DNA from: Phoronis australis
Lineage: Eukaryota; Animalia; Phoronida
DNA: 64,000 nucleotides
NCBI GenBank assembly: GCA_002633005.1
Contig: NMRA01000189.1
Span: 162,264-226,263 of the forward strand
Reading direction: 5' to 3'
Shown here: piece by piece, positions 52,348 through 63,165 of the stretch
Numbering within the stretch: position 1 is the stretch's first letter
How the letters are laid out: the number at the start of each line of letters is the position of its first letter
Position numbers and translations under genes: made by a program
The notes under the pieces: generated by a model
Told to the model about the DNA's origin: nothing
Seen by the model: only the letters and a program-made list of their open reading frames with translations
The model's database searches: none

Positions 52348-52503
52348 CCCGGGTGAGAATTTGACACGTTTGACACGCTCTAAAAACGTGGAGTATTGGA
52401 ACGAACGTGTAAAACGTGGCATGTCAAACGTGTAAAATGTAGCGTGTCAAACGTGTCAAAAACGTGTAATTTTCGTTCCAATATTCCACGTTTGACACGC
52501 TTA

Positions 52504-53292
52504 GCTAACACATCTACACACTACAAACTAATTTAATAATAGACTAAAATTTTCTTCAATTTTCATTTTTGTTTCGAGATTTGATGAAACAAAATTTCAC
52601 GTTTGCCATATCGTGTGCTAAATATGTGAAGAATGGTTTCTGTATGTGAGTGTGTACAAAACTTTGTCTGCGTGACTGTTTCCACGTCTGCATCTGTGGG
52701 TATAAATCTGTTGTCAGTTGCAGACGTGTATCTGTCCGTAACTAGTCACGTGTACACCTGCATATCGCTGTGTGGATGTGCGTGCACATGTGTTTGTGGG
52801 CGTGTCTGCATGGGTGTGTATCAGTCTGCTAATTTGCAGGCGTGTGTATCAGTCTGTGACTATTTGCATCTGCATATCACTGTGTGCGTGTGCATGTCTG
52901 TTTTTGTGACTGCAAATACATCTATTCTGTATATCACTACGTGTGTTGTCATGCGTGCGTGTGCTTGTTTGTGCATATGTGTCTGTGTGTATCAATCTGC
53001 TTCTGCATATCACTACGTGTGTGCCAGCATGTGTGTGTGTGTGCATGTTTGTCTGTGTATATCTGCGGTGTCAGCATATGTCGACCTGTGCCTGTCTATG
53101 GTTGGGCATGCTTGTATGAACATGTGTCTCAGATTGTTATGGGTCTACACTAACTGCGACACCATTATATTGGTCTACACTGCTGCGACACCATTATAGT
53201 TGTCTACACTGCTGCGACACCATTATAGTTGTCTACACTCCTGCGACACCATTATAGTTGTCTACACTGCCGCGACACCATTATAGTTGTCT
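52504..53292 (+). repeat. Duplicated block B, copy 1 (TG-rich low-complexity tract + 29-bp minisatellite)
   Basis: Matches 55833-56820; truncated at N 53293. Confidence 0.95.
53141..53292. repeat. 29-bp minisatellite, ~5 copies
   Basis: gttgtctacactgctgcgacaccattata units, ending at the N. Confidence 0.95.
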
Positions 53293-53293
53293 N

Positions 53294-54219
53294 TCATGAC
53301 CTAAAAGAAAGGATGTAATGTGGTGTGTCCACTGAAGTTACTTAATTTACACTTCTTGCTGTATCCTAGTCAAAACACTCCATCACTCTTGACAGTTTGC
53401 GGACTGACATTTTGGTCAGGGGAGGTTATCAAGTTTCCAAGTACTATGCTGCCCAGGTCAAAGTTTCCATCTTTTGTTTATATTAATTTAAAGTAAATTT
53501 AAAGACTAAGGTAAATCCAGCTTAGTGCAGAAGCTATGTGAGTGATTTTATGAAACCATTAGAAATTCAGCCCATATGGCAGCTTAGGCTTCGTCAATAG
53601 ATTTGAACAATTCCTGCAAGTGTCTTCTGGGAGGGAGGGGGGTTATCAGAGAATCTGGGGAGTTGTGGTCAGTGTAAACGGTTTACTTCGGTCCTGGATT
53701 GAAGTTAACAACAGTAGTTGTTGGCACTGCTCTCGGCAACAATTAAGGAGAAGTGTCGTCGCTAATAGTTGCTTATATTTTGCTCGAATAATCACCAGTC
53801 GGATTAGAAATAAGTTTTATGTCAATTATCAATTGTGAATGTTCTCAAATTGTCATTAAAAAATGTTAGCGTGCACGTAATGCATCAGTGCAACTTTGAA
53901 ATTACATCGATTATGACAGCTTCATCTACCGTTAACTACCGAAGCTGGTATGAATTATCTAATTAACGTTGCAGTTTATGTCAACGCTCCACTCATACTG
54001 GAATGTAGTTAGTATGAAAGGGAATGTTTAACAGTGGATTAGATATCTGGACTATCCTCAAAGGCCCTTTCCCATACAATTTAATCTGGCTACTATCGAA
54101 GCTTCGATATGTCAACAGAGTTGTTAACCGTGAAGTTAAGCATTACCATTCTCATCCGCTTTGGAGTTATTCATACAACTAATGCAGCAGAGTTGGCACA
54201 TACGCGTTTTACGTACTAC
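53294..54219 (+). repeat. Duplicated block A, copy 2 (begins right after a single N)
   Basis: Near-identical to 51405-52347. Confidence 0.95.
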
Positions 54220-54410
54220 GTTCAGTGATGTAAAGAATCCAGCAAATACTGGGATAAATTAAAAGAGAATGCTTATTAGAACAAAATATTAAGAAAAAAT
54301 ATTAACCAGTCACTGCCAGCTATGAAAAGCAATCCAAGACGGAAGTTAAGTGTTCCCATTGACTGAAACTTTACCAACACCGAAGCTTCGGAGCCAGTGG
54401 GAAAGGCCTT
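54061..54410. mobile_element. Putative Harbinger-like MITE
   Basis: Ends AAGGCCCTTTCCCA / TGGGAAAGGCCTT, with the palindrome cgaagcttcg subterminal at both ends. The homologous element in block A1 (from ~52187) is cut off at 52347. Confidence 0.55.
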
Positions 54411-54543
54411 TTAGAAAGGGCTGTCCCGTGGACATGAACTTGAAACCAAACCAAGTTTTTTTAAAAAAAGCTATTTAGCTACAAGACCAAAAATCCATCA
54501 AGCAAAAAGACTAACAGCTTGCAATAACAGTTGAACACCTGAT

Positions 54544-54873
54544 TAATTCACACTCAGGTGGAATGGGCCACTGTAATTCACCATCAGGTGGAATGAGCCA
54601 CTGTAATTCACCATAATCTGGAATGGGCCACTGTAATTCACCATCAGGTGGAATGAGCCACTGTAATTCACCATAATCTGGAATGGGCCACTGTAATTCA
54701 CCATCACCTGGAATGGGCCATTGTGATTCACCATCACCTGGAATGGGCCATTGTAATGCACCATCACCTGGAATGGACCACTGTAATTCACCATCAGGTA
54801 GAATGGGCCACTGTAATTCACCATCAGGTGGAATGGGCCACTGCCACTGTAATTCACAATCAGCTGGAATGGG
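54544..54873. repeat. 30-bp minisatellite, ~11 copies
   Basis: gaatgggccactgtaattcaccatcaggtg units head to tail; explains the repetitive ORFs 54543..54899 and 54683..55027. Confidence 0.95.
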
Positions 54874-55374
54874 TTACTGGTTATTATTAACAGTATCATT
54901 GGAAAGCCTGACCACGTGGTGCTTCAGAACATACAATTGTGTAACAATATGTAAGCAGTTGCATGCTCTTGTATTTCGTCTCTCTTGGTCTTGCATCTGT
55001 GCAAGTCCGTGTCTCATTGCACAATAAGTTTGCTCAAATTTTGGATGAAATTGTGGTAAAAATAGTCTTTTTTCATTGTGAAAGTCCACGGTTTTCAGAA
55101 ATTGTTTTATGGCAGCTGTGATGAAAAACTTAAAAAACATTCGAGCATTAAGTTGATGCTGCTGACATGTTACGGACATCGTGAGAAAATTTAATTTTCT
55201 TTGTTCCGTGTACAATGTCTTAAATTAATGAGTTAATTTTCCACAACATGTGTGCGTTTGACAAATATGTGTGTGTCTGTACCAGTCTGCATCATTCTTT
55301 GTATATATGTGACAGTACATTCAGCGTACTATAATTCGTTCCTTCTTTGCCAAAAAATTTTTTGAAATCATCAT

Positions 55375-55775
55375 TTTTATGCGCCCACATATTTATATGT
55401 CATATCAGTGTCTGGGCATCCAGCGTTCGCTGCTGTATCTCCTAAACCTCTCGTAGTATCTTAATGAGATTTTACAGGTGTGTTTCTATGGAGCTGATGT
55501 CAGCTGATGGTGAATTTCAGACCAATTTGACCACCACTGTGCCCTCTGATAGCAATTTTAATTTTTTATGGTTGCCTGTGTATCTGCAGTTTTGGGTGGA
55601 TTTTCATGAAATTGGTCAAATAATTTCTATTCAAAACACCTTTCAGTTTTTAGACGGCTGTGGCAATTCTGTGCCATCTAATGGCCAGTTTTATGATACT
55701 AAATACACCCTCTAGAAGCACAACACTTACGTTGCAGTCGTGGGTGCATTTCCATGCTCCATGTTGCTCTTGTTT
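55375..55775 (+). mobile_element. Short Helentron/DINE-1-like (HINE) element
   Basis: Starts in a T run with ATGCGCCCAC. Its inverted partner GTGGGTGCAT lies ~25 bp inside the 3' end, which finishes ctcttgttt (asymmetric subterminal inverted repeats). Internal motifs (gctgctgtatctcctaaacc, ggattttcatgaaatt) are shared with 41466-43044. Confidence 0.55.
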
Positions 55776-55832
55776 AATTTGACAAAGGTTGATTACCACG
55801 CTGTAAATCCCTGTTAATACAAAACCAAATGT

Positions 55833-56820
55833 GCTAACACATCTACACACTACAAACTAATTTAATAATAGACTAAAATTTTCTTCAATTTTCATTTTTG
55901 TTTCGAGATTTGATGAAACACAATTTCACGTTTGCCATATCGTGTGCTAAAAATGTGAAGAATGGTTTCTGTATGCGAGTGTGTACAAAACTGTGTCTGT
56001 GTGACTGTTTGTTTCCACGTCTGCATCTGTGGGTATAAATCTGTTGTCAGTTGCAGACGTGTATCTGTCCGTAACTAGTCACGTGTACACCTGCATATCA
56101 CTGTGTGGATGTGCGTGCACATGTGTTTGTGGGCGTGTCTGCATGGGTGTGTATCAGTCTGCTAATTTGCAGGCATGTGTATCAGTCTGTGACTTTGCAT
56201 CTGCATATCACTGTGTGCGTGTGCATCTGTTTGTGTGCATGTCTGTGATTGTGACTGCAAATACATCTGTATATCACTATGTGTGTTGGCATGCGCGTGT
56301 GTGCTTGTTTGTGCATATGTGTCTGTGTGTATCAATCTGCTGTTGCAGGCACATGTATCTGTTCCTGACTGTGAGTCTGCTTCTGCATATCACTACGTGT
56401 GTGCCAGCATGTGTGTGTGTGCATGTGTGTGTGTGCATGTTTGTCTGTGTATATCTGCGTCAGCCTATGTCGACATGTGCCTGTCTACGGTTGGGCATGC
56501 TTGTATGAACATGTGTCTCAGATTGTTATAGTTGTCTACACTGCTGCGACACCATTATAGTTGTCTACACTGCTGCGACACCATTATAGTTGTCTACACT
56601 CCTGCGACACCATTATAGTTGTCTACACTGCTGCGACACCATTATAGTTGTCTACACTGCTGCGACACCATTATAGTTGTCTACACTGCCGCGACACCAT
56701 TATAGTTGTCTGCACTGCCGCGACACCATTATAGTTGTCTGCACTGCCGCGACACCATTATAGTTGTCTGCACTGCCGCGACACCATTATAGTTGTCTGC
56801 ACTGCTGCGACACCATTATA
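55833..56820 (+). repeat. Duplicated block B, copy 2
   Basis: Matches 52504-53292 with indels. Confidence 0.95.
56531..56820. repeat. 29-bp minisatellite, 10 copies
   Basis: gttgtctrcactgcygcgacaccattata head to tail, without spacers. Confidence 0.97.
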
Positions 56821-57569
56821 ATTGCGCTACTCTCTTTGTCCCTTATCCATTCTTATTTCTTTTGTTTGCTGTATTTGCAGCTTTCATTTGCAGATTTTTG
56901 TAAAATATATGATCTTGGTCATTAACAATAACATTATTATAAAGACTAAAGACTGAAGAAGAGATGGTGTTGATATGTACTTGATACTTGACATTGTGCT
57001 GAGTGCCATAATTTATTGTAGAGTACATTGTGTGCCCCTGTTAGCAATCTCAATGATTCTTTTTTGCTGATTAATTTTGAAGTGCCCCCATCATTTTGAA
57101 TAAATTCAAAAAATCGTATAATTTTTGTGATCGATGCTTTCTTAGACGTACATTTTGTGATTTGTACTATAAATTTGTACACCTGATATCTCATCCTCGA
57201 ACTTGAACTATTTTCACATTTTCTGTCCTACTTGCAGTAGAAACTCGAGATAAGTTTCTTGTATACTCTAGTGAATATTGGTTTGTGCAGATGAGTTTCT
57301 AGTCAGTTTGCAGTTTTATCCTCCCAATTTGAAGTTCGTTAGAAACTTGAATTCAAATTAAAATTTTCTAGTTCAGACCCAAACTTGGTGCTTTGATGTT
57401 GAGGTCATTAAGTGTGAACTAGGATTAGACATTCATCCACATAAAACACAATGTACTGTACTCAAGCACAAAATACTGAGCATTTATCTTTGTTTGTACA
57501 ATGAAACACAAAATATCCAAGATGAGTTTTAGTTTGAAGAGTAGACTGACTGTTGACTCCATTCTTCAG

Positions 57570-57747
57570 GCGAAAGTCCATCTCGGGTAACTGGAAAGCA
57601 AACACTGGCTCGGCAATGCTGGAACAGATTCAGATGAACGACCGATATAAGCTGTGGTTGGATGAAGTCAGTCAGCTGTTTGGGGGTATGGACCTCTGCT
57701 GTATACAAGCCATACAAAGCAAAGACGGGCGTCAGTATATCTTGGAG
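57570..57747 (+). CDS. SYN: Synapsin, internal exon (178 nt; C domain)
   Basis: ccattcttcag acceptor; the first G completes the ATG split from the previous exon; GTAGGA donor. Encodes [59 protein letters not shown], matching synapsin [31 protein letters not shown]...[22 protein letters not shown]. Confidence 0.97.
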
Positions 57748-58333
57748 GTAGGATGGTGGAGTACAATGAAACCATACAAGTAGAGATGAAATCCTACAAG
57801 TTCTGGTTGTTCAGTATTGTGGTGAAACCATATAAGTTGTGATTGTTTTTGTTGTGATTACTGTTGTTCATCTCTTGCTCAGCACACCGTGTATTAGAGA
57901 AAATAGATTAAATTTTGTCAGATTTCTCATCGAAAAAAATGTCAGAAAATTTTGTTGCACCATTTCCATAGTTTTATAGTACGCATGCCCTCTGATCACT
58001 CATGGTTAAGTTATTACTTTTATTATTGTGATACAGTACAAGACACAAGTAATTGGATAATATATGGTTTCCCAGTAGTGTCAGCTAATTGAGTTTACAG
58101 CAAAAATGACTGTGTACTTTTGATTTTCGTCTTTGTTATGTTCGGAGATAACATCATCAAAATACAGACCTGATGATATACCCATTCTATTTTTTTGTTG
58201 TAATAGCTGCATTAACAGGTTGGACATTAATTTGCCTGCAATTGCCACTTGGTGTTTTGCCCTTCATTGCAGATTGCTTACACCTTGATTTGTTGACCCT
58301 GTAGTTACTCTTTATATTGGTTGTTTAATATAG

Positions 58334-58446
58334 GTATGTGGTTCGTCCATGAATCTGCTTGGAGAGTCACAAGAGCAGGACAGGCAACAAATAGCTGAGA
58401 TGGTACTGCAGAGGATGCAGCAGGTCTGCAAGCCTGTCATGATGAG
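58334..58446 (+). CDS. SYN: Synapsin, internal exon (113 nt; end of C domain)
   Basis: ttgtttaatatag acceptor, in frame with the previous exon. Encodes VCGSSMNLLGESQEQDRQQIAEMVLQRMQQVCKPVMM, matching synapsin [30 protein letters not shown]. Probable donor AG|GTAGGC at 58447; the 3' boundary is less certain. Confidence 0.9.
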
Positions 58447-59738
58447 GTAGGCCTACTGTCCATGACATACCACAAGTGTCTACTTTAAATTCACTCAAAA
58501 GATATAGATTGTACTTTTCCAATTGTCCGGGTATGTGAAATCAACTGAGTGTACAGACTAATGCGGTTGACAGGTGTCTGTTAACTGAGTAATCACAGAT
58601 CACCACTGAACTACCGGTGTGTGAATGTAATGAAACGCAGCCTATGCATAGCCAACCTTATCCTGTTCCAATGTAAAAGTACTTTACCCCATTGCTGGTG
58701 AAAAACTCTAATTTGAGCTGATGCCTCTAGGTCACAGGACACTATGTCACCCCTTTCACCTGTGTTTGCAACAGCATGAGATATCCTGTATGATTTGGTG
58801 AATGAAGTTGCGAATATACAGTGTTCAGACCTTATTACCACAGTTAAAAAGGTGTGTATTACCAAGATACCAAGATCAGGGATAGTGATTTGCAGAACAG
58901 ACCATGTGCAATTTGGGTGAGATAATAAATTCCCACAGTGTAGCCTTGTGAGAAATAAATGAGGGACAAAACAGTATTTTCCAAATAATTTTGGGTGTAG
59001 GAAATGAGATGCCTGTGCTAATTTGTTACCATGCTTCATTAGTGAAATGGAATGGTTGAGGGTTTTCTCTTAAAGTATAGTCTCAAGGTTAAAGTCTCCA
59101 GACTAATGGTTTTGTGAAATTATGCAATGTGACAATCCTTAACTTGACAGCTGTCCTATAAACAAGAGTCCTCTATCGATTTCCTGTCCATGTTTCGGAA
59201 ATGTCTATCAAAACAGGTTTTTAACATGGCATAAAGATTTATGGTTTTTAATTGTTTCAACTTTGCCCGACTCATTTTGCATACGAAATCTCCAAAACAT
59301 ATCGTTTATAGCAGGCGTCATTGTAGGTTTTCAAAATAATTGGGACAACTTCCGATCTTAAAAAATGATTTAGTTTTTATTTTTGTTGAAATAAAATTCA
59401 TCTTAATGGTGTGCTAGAAGCCGAAACTGTTCATCGATAATAATAATAATCAATAGTGACAATGTGAGTATCTCTGAAAAGGTAAAACTTCATAAATGCA
59501 TTTCACGAACTTTGGTTGTTTTTTTGCTTTTCTCCTCATAATAATTAGTTCTTGGCATTGATGTCTCATTGACAGTTTGGTGTCTGTCAAATTTTTCAAA
59601 CTGTTAAAACGTCAGGAGACCCTCAGAAGTATGTGATGAACCAGCAATTTTTATTTCTCAGAGCTTATTAGAAACTCAGTTCCCAATCATGTCACCTTGT
59701 ACTTCAGTTGTCCATAGATTTTTACAATAGCTTCTCCA

Positions 59739-59934
59739 CGTGGAGAATTTCTGCTTACACTGGTCACCACTCAGATTCCCTCATCCCCAGACAGCTTTTA
59801 TGATGCCTATTCAGCATGCTCTTTTAATTGATGTAGATTTGATCTAATGAAGTGGAAGGTAATAGCTAGTAGTACTTTCTTAACAAGGGTTGTTGTTATT
59901 ACTCACAAATTGGTTTTCTTTGGCATTTGCACAG
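59739..59934 (-). repeat. Dispersed repeat family B, copy 2 (inverted)
   Basis: Reverse-complement match to 37551-37727 with an internal ~20-bp indel. Confidence 0.85.
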
Positions 59935-62466
59935 AGTTGAAGCCTGCAACTGTGGAGAGTAGTTTTGATGTGGTACATTTTAAATATTACAAAAAGACTA
60001 AAAAAATTAATTTGTGTTTGTCTTGGCAAAGGGCCACTTCCCAAAGGAACGATGGTTTCAAATGTTTCATACCGATTTTTGTTATTTCAATATTACCAGG
60101 AATTTCCGGAGATAAGCCCATGGGTGTGTATTCGGAAAGTGAAAAATTTCAGGCAGTAATCTTGTCTAATTGTTTTTTTTTCTTACAGGAATGGGTTGAT
60201 TTTGTTTTTATTTTTAAGCTTAAAGTACTAAAACAGAAGTAGATTTTGATCGCGAGCAAAACTTAATTAGTTTAGTTAATTGTGAACCCATCCCTGAACT
60301 TTCCAGATTAGGGCTACATTAACAGTTCACAGCAAACAAAACTACAGTTGTCATTAGTTTGAATTTATTCTTTATTAGAACTCAAATCATAAAATATATA
60401 CAAAAGTGCAAATATGGTGATAGCCAAACTGAAGATTTGGAATCTCTGTCTCAATTTTCGTTGCACTGACTACATACCACTCTAACTTTTTGTCAGTCAT
60501 GAAAATTAAAGAGTGGACACAAGTTAAGTACAACTGTTTCCTAGTCAAAGATCTGGTTAAATGAGATTGAAGAATATTAAAGCAATTATCCCTGTGATAG
60601 CAGCGTTTGAAAATCCACTGAGTTTACCAATACGCATGGTCGTTTATCTTCATTGGTACCCGATGTTTGTAATTTGTAGCTTTAAGTTATTAGTTCATCG
60701 ATTTTTAAAAATCGAAAGCTTTACTTGGTTGTTTTTTCCTGCTGAATACCGCCTTGGTGTTCGTTTTTAATGAAAATAATTGGTTAATGCATTTTGATAG
60801 TTCGCCAGTATTTACAGGCAGAGATGTTTACTACGGGTTATGGTTGGGTAATTACTCTTAATTGCGTCTTGCTTGCACGCACCAGACAATGCGTGGTAAA
60901 AACCACTGGGAAGGACTGAGCAGTGAAAATTCCCGCATATCTTTAATAGAAATGCATGACTTCCTTGTAACCGTATTATTCATGGTATGCTCATCAAGAA
61001 ACTTGTTAAACAGGAATGGTGATCCAGGTTTTTGTGTGGTGTACAGCAATTACCGCATTTGTGATTAATTAATGGCAATAAAGTACTGACTGAAATAAAT
61101 TGATATATGGTGGACCAAAATGGATGATCTTTCAAAGTGTTTGGCTTTGGATATTGAGTTCCTCATAACAAGATTATGTTAGAGTCATTTTCATCACAAA
61201 GGAATACCGTAAAATGTAGGTAAATAGCCATATTGAAACTCTCTATCCTGCCAGATGGCATGAAACAACTTGTACACCAACATTTAGGGTTTTGTTACCT
61301 TGATGTCAAAGTGAGCCTAAGCCAGACTGTGACTAACGTGTCTTAATCGATTCACAAATTAATGCGCGTGGCTTAGCAGCGATGCTGATGAAAACCTAAT
61401 TTCACTTGCATCGGTTTTAAAAATTCAAAGACGGATGTTATACACTTTTCAATTTCGTATGCCATCTTGGTCGTTTGACTTAATTATTGTTCATTTTGTG
61501 ACTTTGAAACTCGTACGCTAAACAGGCGTGTTGGTTTATTTCCGCAATTATCTCATCCAGCACATTCAGCCAAACCTATGAATAACAAGTAGCTCTCTGT
61601 GACGGTGCCATCAAGCCGTTGTTGTACTGAGGAATTCACTGGATACTCTGGGATAAACAATGCATAGAAATCTTGTTAGCGTAAGATTGCCTCATGGATT
61701 GGGTCTTTGGTGGACAGGCATTTAGTGTCTCCCACAAGATCTGATGTAATGTAGACTGGAGGTGTCAGCCAACTGGTATAAAAAGTGTACACCTTTTCTA
61801 CTGTACTAATGTCGGCATATTTCCACTGCTGTGCGGTGGTACGTATCATGCCGTACGGAAAAAGGTAAACCTTTTAAATATCAATAGATGAGCATAGTAC
61901 ATCCATGTTCCATACTTTTCCCACTGCAAAGAGGAATCTGCTAAAGCGGGATCCCAGCTGGTGTCAAAAAGCTGGAATAAATTAATGAACTTTAAATAAT
62001 CAAACAATAGGAGGCGCTGGCAGTGGAATTCATTTCCCTGCTTTGAAAATAATGAAACTCGAGGTAGTAAGGGAATTTCTGTCTACCAAATTTGAGTTGG
62101 TATCAAGCGGAAGTCACTTTTGTGCTCTCATTACTCTAGAGAGCATCAATATGAAGACCTCTATTTGACATGTTAAGTTTCAGTTCACTAGTACCATGAG
62201 ACAAGTGTTGATGAAAGTAGTCCATTGGGTTTCCGTTACTCTTCGGAATGTGGTAAATAGTTGGCCTGCGAGTCAGGATACTGGACAAAAACCGCAGACC
62301 AGACGCTAACATTGGATTAGGTTGATATTTGGATTTAGATTTGAAGAGCACTGTTTGGAGTTGGAAATTGAATGGGAAATTCTTGTAATGTGCTATGACT
62401 GGGTTGTCTGTTTGTGACTCATTTACTTGGTAAGCCAACAATAGCATATTATCTTACATTGATCTG

Positions 62467-62711
62467 AGGCCTGTTCCAAGTAACTGACTTAAGTTCATTT
62501 TTGACTTAAGTTTAAGATTTGCCTTAAATTCCAAACTTTGAAACTTCCACATTCGGTAAGTTAGTCAAAATTAAGACAAAACTTATGTCACACAGTTAAG
62601 TCGAAATTTAGATCTTTCTTGAATTGGTTTTGAGACAAACTTAACTTGTATTTTAAAATTTAGATTTTAAGATTAATGTCTTAGCTAAGTCTGTTTTGTT
62701 GGAACGGGCCC
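62467..62711. mobile_element. PIF/Harbinger-like MITE (245 bp) with CTG target-site duplication
   Basis: TIRs AGGCCTGTTCCAA / TTGGAACGGGCCC; CTG at 62464-62466 and 62712-62714; internal cttaag/ttaagt-rich repeats. Confidence 0.7.
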
Positions 62712-63165
62712 CTGGTCAGATTATCTCTCCGCGCTGTGATATCAGATGAAAAAAACACTTATCTTGTATTATTCAGCATCAAAAGCAATGCCAAGTGACC
62801 ATTTATGATTTTCGGAGCTTTTTTGTTTCTCTTTCTCATAAATTGTTCCTTTAACGAAGTCTTTCTAAGCGCACTCTCTAATGACTTGTCAGTGTCCTCA
62901 ACATGTTGTTAATGGCAGCTCTAGATGAGCCAACTCGTGGACGAGACGGTCCCACCACCTGGTGACTGGTTTATGACTCAAATTTGTATGCAAAATTAAA
63001 TTCTTTAGTTTGGAGCTGAAAAATTAATTATTTCGCTTATCGTCTGAGCTTGTACCAAATTTTAAGAATAGCCAATATTGGCTGTCCCATAGTCTAGAAT
63101 TTTGATCAACAACAAATGATCATTCATCTCGATGTTCTACACAATGGGGACACATGACAACGGAC

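Noticed and set aside
52633-53199. 188-aa Cys/Val-rich ORF and its relatives (52849-53153, 56029-56531)
   Set aside because: Translation of a degenerate (TG)n-rich tract within the duplicated block; no domain and no splice support.
56531-56820. CRISPR-like arrays (29-bp here and at 53141-53292; 30-bp at 54544-54873)
   Set aside because: Units are head to tail with no unique spacers, there are no cas genes, and the context is a eukaryotic intron.
58611-59039. 142-aa minus-strand ORF with DLGILV…SEHC resembling a CR1/L2 RT C-terminus
   Set aside because: Motif spacing is off and there are no other RT motifs; treated as a chance ORF.
60170-60231. Strong acceptor (ttttttcttacag) as the next synapsin exon
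   Set aside because: In the required phase it gives RNGLILFLFLSLKY-stop, with no synapsin similarity.
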